DNA of 32,000 nucleotides from Pseudodesulfovibrio mercurii (GCF_000189295.2 NC_016803.1:2130001-2162000), one strand, 5' to 3'; positions 16,124 to 24,924 are shown, counted from the stretch's first letter. The notes: generated by a model from the letters alone, not told the origin. Translations and numbers: made by a program.

Positions 16124-17287
16124 CTACTCCGTCACGACGAAGCGGGTGAAGTCCTGGGAGACGGTCTGCTTGAGGGCCGGGAGTTCGGTTTCGGGCAGGG
16201 AGACGAAGGCGAAGGCGAAGACAGGGTACTGGTGGTAATCAATCTTACGTAATTCCAAGATGTTGGCGAAAAGCGATTGGAATCCCTCATAGTCCACGTC
16301 GCGGATGCGGGTGCGGTCGAGGGAGGACGGCAGGTCGCCGATGACCATGGCGGTGGCCATGCCCTGGTTTTCGGTCAGGATGGCGTCCCAGTCCGGGCGC
16401 AGCTCCTTGAAGTAGCACTCGTAGGGGTTGAAGCCCCAGGCCAGGGCGGTGATGTCGGCCACGCACCAGCCCGCGAGGCGCAGGGGGTTGGCCTCGATGG
16501 GGATGATGTCGCCGGTTTCGGTGACGCGGACCTCGATGTGGGAGACGAAGTCGCGGAATCCGCACTCGCGGGCCACGTCGCGGAGGTAGTCGGTAAAGGG
16601 CAGCAGCCAGGTCTCGATGATCCGGGCGGAGGTGTAGTAGAGGCGGTCCGAGACGTCGTCGGCGGACAGGAAGGTGTGGTGCAGGATATTGGTGATCACG
16701 GGGTTGCCTTCGGCGTCGAAGTAGACGTCGATGGCGTATTCCTCGCCGTCGATGGACTGTTCGATGATGAATTCGCCGCCGCTGACGACGGCCTCGGGGT
16801 ATTCGGCGTTGAGGGCGGCGCGTTCGGCCTCGATGGCCCGGACCGCGGCGGGCCAGTCCGCGGGGGTGTTGACCACGTGCACGCCCAGGGAGAAGAAGCC
16901 GCGCGTGGGCTTGATGATGAACGGATAGTCCACGTCCGGGGCGTCGAGCCCGGCCAGATCCTCGAAGGGCACGCGCCGGAACCGGTAGTCCGGGTGCAGG
17001 GCGGCCACGCTTTCGCGGAAGAGCGCCTTGTCCTTGCAGATGTCGATCTGGCGGGCGAGGTCCTCGTTGCAGCGGCAGCGCAGGACGTGTCCGAGGCCGT
17101 TCTCGGAGTTGGTGTAGACCTTGCCGCCCAGGGCGAGGCGGGCGGAGAACTCGATCTCGTCGATGTAGTGCAGGGGCGCGTCCCCGGCCAGGCGGCGGGC
17201 CTGGGGGGTGTCGAGCACGGCCTGGCCGAGCTCCAGGACCGAGTCCGTGAGGAAGCGGGAGACGTAGGGGTAATCGAGGACGATCAT
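16124..17287 (-). CDS. ATP-grasp domain protein of unknown specificity
   Basis: YPFIIKPTRGFFSLGVHVV and GEFIIEQSIDGEEYAIDVYFD are typical ATP-grasp central-domain strands. Start MIVLDYP at 17287 shares one base with the upstream stop (TAATG). Confidence 0.65.
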   Translation of the reverse strand: MIVLDYPYVSRFLTDSVLELGQAVLDTPQARRLAGDAPLHYIDEIEFSARLALGGKVYTNSENGLGHVLRCRCNEDLARQIDICKDKALFRESVAALHPDYRFRRVPFEDLAGLDAPDVDYPFIIKPTRGFFSLGVHVVNTPADWPAAVRAIEAERAALNAEYPEAVVSGGEFIIEQSIDGEEYAIDVYFDAEGNPVITNILHHTFLSADDVSDRLYYTSARIIETWLLPFTDYLRDVARECGFRDFVSHIEVRVTETGDIIPIEANPLRLAGWCVADITALAWGFNPYECYFKELRPDWDAILTENQGMATAMVIGDLPSSLDRTRIRDVDYEGFQSLFANILELRKIDYHQYPVFAFAFVSLPETELPALKQTVSQDFTRFVVTE

Positions 17288-18666
17288 TATTTCGCTTTGC
17301 CGGTCAGGCCGTATTTCTTCAGTTTGTATTGGAGGTTGGACTTGGAGAGGCCGAGCATCTCGGCGGCCTTGACCTGGACGAAGTCGGTGCGCACCAGGGC
17401 GCGCTTGACCAGGGCCCCTTCGATCTTGTCCATGGTGTCGGCCAGGTTGAGCTTGGTGGGCAGGAGGTCCACGGCGGACTTGAACTGGGCCTCCTCGTCC
17501 TTGATCTCGGGCGGCAGGTCGTCGGCGTCGATGACGTCGTGGCGGGCCAGGACCGTGCAGCGTTCGACCACGTTTTCGAGCTGGCGGACGTTGCCGGGCC
17601 ACTCGTAGGCGGTCAGGTAATCCATGGCGGCCGAGGTGAAGCCGGTGATGGCCGACTGGTTTTCCTTGTTGTATTTTTCAAGGAAGTGGGCGGCCAGGAG
17701 GGGGATGTCCTCGCGCCGTTCGCGCAGGGGCGGCATGAAGATGGAGACCACGTTGAGGCGGTAGAAGAGGTCCTCGCGGAACTCGCCCTTGGCCACGGAG
17801 TCCTGAAGATTCTTGTTGGTGGCGGCGACGATGCGGATGTCCACGTCGAAGGTCTCGGTGCCGCCCACGCGCTCGATCTGGTGTTCCTGGAGCACGCGCA
17901 GGAGCTTGACCTGGAGTTCGGGGGTCAGCTCGCCGATCTCGTCCAGGAAGAGGGTGCCCTTGTTGGCCTGTTCGAAGCGGCCCTTGCGCATGGCCGTGGC
18001 CCCGGTGAAGGAGCCCTTTTCGTGGCCGAAGAGTTCGGATTCGAGCACGCCGGGGTTGAGGGCCATGCAGTTGACCGTGACGAACGGGGCCTCGCGCCGG
18101 GGCGAGGAGGTGTGGATGGCCCGGGCGATGAGCTCCTTGCCAGTGCCGGACTCGCCAAGGATGAGCACCGTGGACTTGGAGGGCGCGGCCCGGTCGACCA
18201 TATCCAGGACCTGCTCCATGCCCTTGCCCCGGGCGATGATGTTGTCCTTGGAGTAGCGGTCGCGAATCTCCTTCTTCAGGCGGATGTTCTCCTGCTGGGT
18301 GGCGGCGTACTGCACGGCCTTGGAGATGGACAGGAGCAGCTCCTCGTTGGCGAAGGGCTTGGTGATGTAGTCGTAGGCCCCGATGCGCATGGCCTCCACG
18401 GCCGCCTCGATGGAGCCGAAGGCGGTCATGATCAGGACCGGGATGTGCGGGTAGTTCTTCTTGCAGTGTTCGAGCACGTCCTGGCCGGTCAGGCCGGGCA
18501 TCTTCATGTCGGTCAGGACCACGTCCACCTCGGAATCCTCGAGATAGGCCAACCCCATCTCGGGGTCGGACAGGGTGGTCACGTTGTACCCCTCGTCCTC
18601 CAGGATGGATTCCAGGATGAGCAGATAGTTCTTTTCGTCGTCGAGAATCAGGATGTTTGCGGCCAT
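17287..18666 (-). CDS. Sigma-54-dependent response regulator (NtrC family: REC + AAA+ + Fis-type HTH)
   Basis: Receiver domain (ILILDDE...VLTDMKMPG). AAA+ Walker A GESGTGKE, the GAFTGA-type loop (GSFTGA) and the ELFGHEKG sensor. C-terminal HTH (AAEMLGLSKSNLQYKLKKYGL). Start at MAANILIL (ATG 18666) with GGAGA upstream. Confidence 0.92.
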   Translation of the reverse strand: MAANILILDDEKNYLLILESILEDEGYNVTTLSDPEMGLAYLEDSEVDVVLTDMKMPGLTGQDVLEHCKKNYPHIPVLIMTAFGSIEAAVEAMRIGAYDYITKPFANEELLLSISKAVQYAATQQENIRLKKEIRDRYSKDNIIARGKGMEQVLDMVDRAAPSKSTVLILGESGTGKELIARAIHTSSPRREAPFVTVNCMALNPGVLESELFGHEKGSFTGATAMRKGRFEQANKGTLFLDEIGELTPELQVKLLRVLQEHQIERVGGTETFDVDIRIVAATNKNLQDSVAKGEFREDLFYRLNVVSIFMPPLRERREDIPLLAAHFLEKYNKENQSAITGFTSAAMDYLTAYEWPGNVRQLENVVERCTVLARHDVIDADDLPPEIKDEEAQFKSAVDLLPTKLNLADTMDKIEGALVKRALVRTDFVQVKAAEMLGLSKSNLQYKLKKYGLTGKAK

Positions 18667-18809
18667 TCGGTCTCCAGATGCGCTGTCCAATTCATATCAA
18701 CACCGGACGATAGACCAAGACGGGCCGAAATCCAAGGCCCATGTCGGCGTCACCCGGATTTCACGGCTTGGCGCTGGATTGTCGCTCCGGGCCATGGTAT
18801 CGTGCAGCC

Positions 18810-19391
18810 ATGCCTGAAACGGAAAAAGACGCGCTGCGGAAGCGGCTCATCGAGCGCCGCGCAGGCCTGTCCGCCGAGGAGGTGGCCGAGGCCAGCGAGG
18901 GGGTCGTGTCGCTCATCCGCACCCTGATCGAATGGAGGAACGCGGGCGAGGTCCTGCTCTACTGGCCGGTGCGCGGCGAGATCGACCTGCGCCCGCTGAT
19001 GGCCGACCTGTGGCAGCGCGGCAGCCGCGTGCTGCTTCCCCGCTGCCGCCCGGACCAGCCCGGCGAGATGGACCTGGCCTGCGCAACGGGCGAGCACGAG
19101 CTGGTGCCCGGCGCCTTCGCCATCATGGAGCCGGACGCGGACAAATGTCCGCCCGTGCCCACGTGCCGCCCGGACATCGCCCTGGTGCCCGGCGTGGGCT
19201 TCGACCGCAGGGGCAACCGCCTGGGCTTCGGCGGCGGGTACTATGACCGGCTGCTGGCCACGGACGCCCTGCGCGACACCCTGGTCATCGGCGTGGCCCA
19301 CGAATTCCAGCTCGTGGACGCCGTGCCCGTCCAGCCTTGGGACAGGCCGGTCCACGTGGTCTGCACCGAAGAGAAGTTATGGCGGCCATAG
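18810..19391 (+). CDS. 5-formyltetrahydrofolate cyclo-ligase
   Basis: Family-typical layout: LRKRL...R, a conserved P.RGE(I)D region, and the C-terminal VPGVGFDRRGNRLGFGGGYYDR motif. Confidence 0.85.
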   Translation: MPETEKDALRKRLIERRAGLSAEEVAEASEGVVSLIRTLIEWRNAGEVLLYWPVRGEIDLRPLMADLWQRGSRVLLPRCRPDQPGEMDLACATGEHELVPGAFAIMEPDADKCPPVPTCRPDIALVPGVGFDRRGNRLGFGGGYYDRLLATDALRDTLVIGVAHEFQLVDAVPVQPWDRPVHVVCTEEKLWRP

Positions 19392-20143
19392 CCTTTTTCC
19401 CCTTCGAGTTCGTGGACGTGCCGCAGGTGGCCTGCGCCTTCACCTCCCGCCAGGGGGGCGTGTCCGAGCCGCCCCACGACTCGGCCAACATCAGCTTCGA
19501 CGTGGGCGACGAGCCCGAGGCCGTGGCCGCCAACCGGCGGTTGGTCTTCGAGCGCATGGGCCTGACCGGCTGGTGCGAGCTGAACCAGGTGCACGGCGAC
19601 GTCATCCGTTTCGACCCCGCGCCCCACGCGCCCGAGGACCACGCGAGCGAGGACGGCGACGGCATGGCCACGGCCGAGCCGGGGCACGGCCTGGTCATCA
19701 AGACCGCCGACTGCCAGCCCATCCTCCTGGCCCACCGCTCGGGCCGTTTCGTGGCCGGGCTGCACGCGGGCTGGCGCGGCAACAGGATGGATTTTCCGGG
19801 CTCGGGCGTGCGCCGCTTCTGCGAGCGCTACGACCTGAAACCCAGGGACGTCTTTGCCGTGCGCGGCCCGTCCCTCGGCCCCACGGCCGCCGAGTTCGTC
19901 AACTTCGAGACCGACTTCGGCCCGGCCTTCCGGCCCTGGTACGACCCCGAGACACGGACCATGGACCTCTGGCGGCTGACCCGCGACCAGCTCATGGACG
20001 CGGGCGTGCCGGAGCGGCAGATCTTCGGCCTGGACCTGTGCACCCTGACCATGGAGGAGACCTTCTTCTCCTACCGCAAGGCATGCGCCCGCCCCATCCG
20101 GCAGACCGGACGGCAGTGCGGGATCATCTGGATCCGGAAATAG
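19379..20143 (+). CDS. pgeF: YfiH/PgeF-family (DUF152) purine nucleoside phosphorylase-like / peptidoglycan editing factor
   Basis: QVHGD, TADCQPILL, GLHAGWRG and the C-terminal FFSYR motif. Start overlaps the preceding gene by 13 nt. Confidence 0.85.
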   Translation: MAAIAFFPFEFVDVPQVACAFTSRQGGVSEPPHDSANISFDVGDEPEAVAANRRLVFERMGLTGWCELNQVHGDVIRFDPAPHAPEDHASEDGDGMATAEPGHGLVIKTADCQPILLAHRSGRFVAGLHAGWRGNRMDFPGSGVRRFCERYDLKPRDVFAVRGPSLGPTAAEFVNFETDFGPAFRPWYDPETRTMDLWRLTRDQLMDAGVPERQIFGLDLCTLTMEETFFSYRKACARPIRQTGRQCGIIWIRK

Positions 20144-20153
20144 CCCGGTCCGC

Positions 20154-20708
20154 TCACCAGCACAGAAGGGGCGGCAGCCCCATCTTCGCGGCGAAGCGCA
20201 TCTCGAAAAAGAGGACCGCGTAATACCCGGCAATCCCGAGCCACAGCCACAGCCAGACGGCGAAAGCGCCCTTCCACCCCCTGTCGTCGGCCAGTGCGAA
20301 GGCGGCTATGCCCGTCAGCATGCAGGCGACGGCACAGGCCAGGGCGGTGACGATGAGCATCAGCCCGTGAATCGTACCAGCCCGCCACTGCGCCGCCGTG
20401 GACGCGATGACGAGCACCGCGTAGACGACCTTTACCGGCCAGCCGCCCAGGGGACGCGGGTCCCTCCCACTCTTCAGGAGCGAGGCGAGGCCAAGGGCGA
20501 AAAGCGGCCCAAGAAAAGGCAGGTAAAGCGGCACCTCCGTCAACAGGGCCACGGGGTCGTTGGACACCAGGGCGAACGCGGCCGGGATCAGCATGGCCGT
20601 GGCGGCGTAAACCGCCAGCATGAGAATCGGATGCCGCGCGATCCCTCCCCCTTCCGGCCGATGTTCGTATTCCCTGTCCAAGACTCGCCTTCTCCTTTTT
20701 GATTGCAC
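20154..20708 (-). CDS. Uncharacterised polytopic membrane protein (module shared with 22403-23704)
   Basis: About five hydrophobic segments. LADDRGWKGAFAVWLWLWLGIAGYY resembles LARDGRGLLGLWRASPPWCLLAGALTLGWWYY and FAWLWLGLGVCYG in the 22403-23704 protein. The start is uncertain: GTG 20708, or TTG 20681 downstream of AAGGAG. Confidence 0.6.
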   Translation of the reverse strand: MQSKRRRRVLDREYEHRPEGGGIARHPILMLAVYAATAMLIPAAFALVSNDPVALLTEVPLYLPFLGPLFALGLASLLKSGRDPRPLGGWPVKVVYAVLVIASTAAQWRAGTIHGLMLIVTALACAVACMLTGIAAFALADDRGWKGAFAVWLWLWLGIAGYYAVLFFEMRFAAKMGLPPLLCW

Positions 20709-20747
20709 GTTCGCCCGGCCCGCTCGTCAGGACCGGGAATCCGAGGC

Positions 20748-21494
20748 CTACTCCTCGGGCCAGCGCAGGGTCATCCGTTGGAAACGGTAGCCGGGCCCGA
20801 AGAACGCCGCGAAGTCCTGCGGCCGGATGACCCGGACCTCCCGCCCGTTCCGGGCCGTGTGGACCGGCCGCATGGCGTTGACGAACCGGCCCCTGTCCTT
20901 GCCGCTCACGAGGCTGCGCTTGACGGCCCCGCCCACCCCGCTTCCGGGGACGGACACCGTTCCCGGATTCGGGCCGAGGGTCAGGGTCACGGACCGCCCC
21001 TCGCCCAGGTCCAGGGTCAGGGGGTCCATGGAGAGGGTATGCCCGCCGCCGCCCCCTCTGACCAGGGTCCCGAACAGGTTGCCCGTGAGACGGCAGATGC
21101 CCGACGCGCTCCTGGGGCCGTCCGGCGTGTCCGCCTCGAGCGTCACCGACACGTCGTAGCCGCTCCAGGAAGGGACCCGCTCCAACAGCCCGGCCATGGG
21201 GATGAGCAGGACCGAGGCCAGGACGAAGACCAGCACCCCCCACCAGAACCACTTGAACGCGCGGCGCGCGAACAGCCGCACGAGAACGGCCATGACCAGC
21301 AGGATCAACGGGGAGCCGAGGATGACGGCGGTCCCTTCGGCGATGTCGGCCAGCCACCAGAACAGCCACGTCCCCGGGACGACCAGCAGGGCGATGCCCA
21401 CGGGCTTCTTGATCTTCCCTTCCCACTCGTCCTCGGTTCCGGCGGCCACCATCATGAGCACCAGAAATCCGACGAACATCAACACAAAGGGCAT
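20748..21494 (-). CDS. Uncharacterised membrane protein: 4 TM segments + ~150-aa C-terminal 'EADTPDGPR' module
   Basis: Start set at MPFVLMF (ATG 21494) because a perfect AAGGAG lies about 5 nt upstream. The C-terminal module is paralogous to modules in the 22403-23704 and 23701-24924 proteins. Confidence 0.7.
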   Translation of the reverse strand: MPFVLMFVGFLVLMMVAAGTEDEWEGKIKKPVGIALLVVPGTWLFWWLADIAEGTAVILGSPLILLVMAVLVRLFARRAFKWFWWGVLVFVLASVLLIPMAGLLERVPSWSGYDVSVTLEADTPDGPRSASGICRLTGNLFGTLVRGGGGGHTLSMDPLTLDLGEGRSVTLTLGPNPGTVSVPGSGVGGAVKRSLVSGKDRGRFVNAMRPVHTARNGREVRVIRPQDFAAFFGPGYRFQRMTLRWPEE

Positions 21495-21595
21495 GGGTTC
21501 TCCTTCGGCGTCGCGGATTGCCGCGACCGGGTGGACAGGGCGGCGTCCGGCCATGTATGATTCATATATAGATCACCTTTTACGGGACGGGTCCA

Positions 21596-22381
21596 ATGCA
21601 ACACCGACTTTTCCGCGCCCCCTGGCACATGTTCCTCCTGCTCCTCCTGGCCCTGGCCCCGGTGCGGGCCCAGGCGGACGCGCTCCAGATGGCCCGGCCC
21701 GACATGCCCGAAAATCCCGAACTCAGGGCCATCGCCGAACGGGCCGACAACGTGACCACCACCAGGATACTCCTGGCCATCGAGCGCACGGACAACGCCA
21801 ACATCAAAAATTCCTTCGGCCAGAACATCCTCATCCAGCTCATCTCCCTCCAGGCCCCGGACCAGGAGGCCTCCTTCCGCACCCTGGTGGCCATGGGGGC
21901 GGACATGAACATCGTGGACCAGGACCACCTCACCCCGCTGCTCTACGCCATCGGCAGCGGCGACATGGAGGCCACCAGGGCGCTCCTCAAGCTGGGGGCC
22001 AAAACCGAGATTCCGGACAAGAGCCCCAACGCCCTGCACTTCGCCCTGTCCCGCCGGCGCTACGAGGAGGCCCGCCTGCTCCTGGACAACGGGGTGGACG
22101 TCAACGTCTTGGGCCCCAACCGGGACACCCCCCTCCACCAGGCCTGCCTGGCCGCGCCCGAGGCGTTCATCGCCGACCTGCTGGCCCGCGGGGCCCACGT
22201 CAATGCCCGGGAAAAGACCGGCCTGACCCCGCTGCACGCGGCCGCCTTCCGGGGCGACCCGGCCATCGTCCAGCTGCTCCTGGACGCGGGCGCGAACCCG
22301 GCCATCGAGGACAACAACGGCCACGTGCCCAGGGACTGGGCAGTGTGGGAACATCACGACGAGGCCGCCGCGCTGCTATAG
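21596..22381 (+). CDS. Secreted ankyrin-repeat protein
   Basis: Signal peptide (FLLLLLALAPVRAQA). At least 4 ankyrin units (TPLLYAIGSGDMEATRALLKLGA, NALHFALSRRRYEEARLLLDNGVDVN, TPLHQACL...LLARGAHVN, TPLHAAAFRGDPAIVQLLLDAGANP). Confidence 0.85.
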   Translation: MQHRLFRAPWHMFLLLLLALAPVRAQADALQMARPDMPENPELRAIAERADNVTTTRILLAIERTDNANIKNSFGQNILIQLISLQAPDQEASFRTLVAMGADMNIVDQDHLTPLLYAIGSGDMEATRALLKLGAKTEIPDKSPNALHFALSRRRYEEARLLLDNGVDVNVLGPNRDTPLHQACLAAPEAFIADLLARGAHVNAREKTGLTPLHAAAFRGDPAIVQLLLDAGANPAIEDNNGHVPRDWAVWEHHDEAAALL

Positions 22382-22402
22382 GCCGCCGGGCGAAACACGC
22401 AT

Positions 22403-23704
22403 CTAGTCCGGCACCTTGCGCAGGACGTACAGCCTGTTCAGGGCGTCCCCGCCCTTCAGGACCTCGATCCGGACGCTGAAGCGGATGCCCAGGCCGTTGT
22501 CTTCATACCAGACCGTGCGCCGAGACCCGATATCGTCGGCCGGGACGACCCAGAGGGCGGGCCGGGCCCTGCCCACCAGCGTCATGGGCGCGCCCGTCAC
22601 CGGGACCGGTTCGCCGGAGCGCTCCTCGAGCGCCTTCCGGGCGATGACCGGCAACGCCCGGAGATGCTTGTCGTCCATTTGCAGCTCGGCCCGGAGGACG
22701 CCCTTGCCCGGCAGATTCATGGAGGGGAGCGAGCCCTCCACGCGCAAGGCCCCCGCATACGTCCGTTCGGAGGCCAGGACCTTGCGCTCCACGGTGATGA
22801 CCGAGGTCTCCCGCCGGGCGCCTTTGGCGCTCTCGGCCTCAAAGACGACCCTGTAGCTGGCCAGGTCCCGCCAGAAGAACGTTTCGGTCAGGTAGCTCCA
22901 ACCGCCTGCCCCGGCGAACAGGAGCACGGTCACGACCACGGCCGTGGCCAGCCCCTTGCCGCCGATCGCGGCCGCGCGCCGAACCGCCCCGCCGCCGAAC
23001 CGGCGGGCCGCCCAGAGCGCACCCCCGGCCCCAACGGCCCACGGGATCAGGTCATACGGAACCCGCGTCATCCGCCAGGGGTATTTCCAGAATCCGTCGT
23101 AATACCACCAGCCCAGGGTCAGCGCGCCCGCCAGCAGGCACCACGGCGGGGAGGCGCGCCACAGCCCGAGCAGCCCGCGCCCGTCGCGCGCCAGGTCGAG
23201 GACGACCAGCAGGAGAAAGGGAATCGCGGTCCAGGCCCTGGCCGCCATGGCCAGGCAGGACGCGCCGTAGCACACGCCGAGCCCCAGCCAGAGCCAGGCG
23301 AAAAGCGTCCCGATCACCGGGCGGTAGTAGCCCAGGACGCCGATCACGGCCGTGGCCACCAGGAGGCCGCCGATCAGGAACGGCAGGCCGAAGAACAGGA
23401 TATAGGGAATGGCCTCGAACCCCTCGCGCCACCACAGGGCGACCATGGCCGCGCCCAGGAGCCCGGCATAGGCCGCCCTGTGCCGCTTCATGAACCGCTT
23501 GAAATCGTCCTCGCCCGCGATCAGCCCGGCCTCCACGCCGCGCCGGTACGCGCCGCCGAACCCGGCCAGCAGGACCGCCGGGAAGAGGCACGGCGACAGG
23601 AAGCCGATCCACAGGTTCCAGTGCAGGGACCGGTTCCACAGGGACAGGAGGATCAGGCCGACGAGCGCGGCGAAGACGCCGAAGAGAACCCTGCCCGCCC
23701 TCAT
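22403..23704 (-). CDS. Uncharacterised polytopic membrane protein with a C-terminal ~150-aa module
   Basis: About 9-10 hydrophobic segments, then a soluble tail starting YRVVFEAESAKGARRETSVITVERK and ending IRFSVRIEVLKGG. Start taken at ATG 23704, which forms an ATGA overlap with the upstream stop. Confidence 0.7.
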   Translation of the reverse strand: MRAGRVLFGVFAALVGLILLSLWNRSLHWNLWIGFLSPCLFPAVLLAGFGGAYRRGVEAGLIAGEDDFKRFMKRHRAAYAGLLGAAMVALWWREGFEAIPYILFFGLPFLIGGLLVATAVIGVLGYYRPVIGTLFAWLWLGLGVCYGASCLAMAARAWTAIPFLLLVVLDLARDGRGLLGLWRASPPWCLLAGALTLGWWYYDGFWKYPWRMTRVPYDLIPWAVGAGGALWAARRFGGGAVRRAAAIGGKGLATAVVVTVLLFAGAGGWSYLTETFFWRDLASYRVVFEAESAKGARRETSVITVERKVLASERTYAGALRVEGSLPSMNLPGKGVLRAELQMDDKHLRALPVIARKALEERSGEPVPVTGAPMTLVGRARPALWVVPADDIGSRRTVWYEDNGLGIRFSVRIEVLKGGDALNRLYVLRKVPD

Positions 23705-24924
23705 TCGCCGCCCCCCTGGCCGCCGGGGCTCCACTTCGGGTCGTTCCAGTCCGTGTTCCGGGTCACGGTCCCGTCGAGCATCTCCAGGCGCAGGACGTAG
23801 TTCGCCTTGCCCGCGACCAGGAGCGGGTATTTGCCGATGGCGCGGGCCACGCCCTGGCCGACCAGGAGCGGGCCGCCGAGAGGCTGCGCGTCGATGAGCG
23901 CGCGGGGCACCTCCACCCGGTCCCCCTCGGACAGCCGGTTCAGGTCCCCGGCCGCGAGCAGCCGTTGCGGCAGGGTGACCGGCTCCTCGGCCGCGAACCG
24001 CAGCGCGATGCCCAGGTCGTCGGCAAGCGGAATCCTCAGGAAACCGGACCGGGAGCGCACCCGGACGTACTCCCGCCCGCCGCCCGTCTTCACGTCACGC
24101 AGGATTCGGACCATGGTCTCGGCCCGCCTGGGGCCGTCCGGCGTGTCCACTTCGAGCGTCAGCAGGTACCGGCAGACCTGGTCCGACGGCCTGGACACCT
24201 GGGGCGTGCCGCCGACCAGCTCCACCAGAATCCGGTAGCGCCCGTCGCGCAGGGCATCCCGGTACAGGGCCAGGGTCGCCGGGTCGTACTTCGCGAGGTG
24301 GCTTGCCGTGATCCGGGGGAAGAGCTCCTTGTCCACCTCCAGTTCCCGGCCCGCATAGTCCCCGTCCAGCGGCAGGTTAAGCCGCCGCAGGGTATCGGTG
24401 TAAAGGCTGCTGAACACGCGGTTCTCGTGCATGGGGAACCCCACGTCGATGCCACGGGCCACCTTGAAATAGCTGGACATGTCCCGGCTGTCCCGCGCCC
24501 CCACCCCGCCGGTTGGCTCCCCCCTCAGGGAAAACGCCTTCCGCTCGACGGGCACCAGCCGGTCCACGCGCTTGATCCCGTCGGCCGTGTCCAGCTCGAT
24601 GATGAACCGGTAGGTGTACGCGTCCTCCCAGGTCAGGTTCCGCTCGGCCCAGCCCGGAGCCAGGCCCACCACCATGACCGCGGCCACGCCGAGCACCAGG
24701 CCCGCCACGGTCAGCCAACCCCACTTGGCCGCGCCCTTGAGCCCCGGCCCGCCGAACACGCCCGCCGCGATCGACACGCCGAGGACCGAGACCAGGAGCA
24801 CCGGGAAGATGAAGAAAAAGAGATAATAGGCGCCGAGCAGGCCCGAGAGCGGGAACAGGACAACGGACCCGGCCGCCACCACCAGGCAGTAGATCACTTC
24901 GGGACGCTTGAGGAAGCTCAGCAT
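23701..24924 (-). CDS. Uncharacterised membrane-anchored protein: 3 TM segments + two tandem copies of the ~150-aa module
   Basis: Start at MLSFLKRPE (ATG 24924, GAGGGGG upstream). Module A begins YRFIIELDTADGIKR and ends RYRILVELVGG. Module B begins RYLLTLEVDTPDGPRR and ends NYVLRLEMLDG. The ORF-track extension to 25932 was rejected. Confidence 0.7.
   Translation of the reverse strand: MLSFLKRPEVIYCLVVAAGSVVLFPLSGLLGAYYLFFFIFPVLLVSVLGVSIAAGVFGGPGLKGAAKWGWLTVAGLVLGVAAVMVVGLAPGWAERNLTWEDAYTYRFIIELDTADGIKRVDRLVPVERKAFSLRGEPTGGVGARDSRDMSSYFKVARGIDVGFPMHENRVFSSLYTDTLRRLNLPLDGDYAGRELEVDKELFPRITASHLAKYDPATLALYRDALRDGRYRILVELVGGTPQVSRPSDQVCRYLLTLEVDTPDGPRRAETMVRILRDVKTGGGREYVRVRSRSGFLRIPLADDLGIALRFAAEEPVTLPQRLLAAGDLNRLSEGDRVEVPRALIDAQPLGGPLLVGQGVARAIGKYPLLVAGKANYVLRLEMLDGTVTRNTDWNDPKWSPGGQGGGE

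Noticed and set aside
18667-18809. A possible 6S RNA (ssrS) gene, because 5-formyl-THF cyclo-ligase genes often lie just downstream of ssrS.
   Set aside because: The gap is only 143 nt and must also hold the divergent regulator promoter. I could not find the long closing stem and central-bubble architecture (no 5'/3' complementarity).
24355-24363. A GDY tripeptide (LPLDGDYAGRELEV) in the tandem-module protein, reminiscent of the GDYXXLXY membrane-anchored protein family.
   Set aside because: The spacing and following residues do not fit GDYxxLxY. The surrounding sequence lacks the PVDPRD-type motif I associate with that family.
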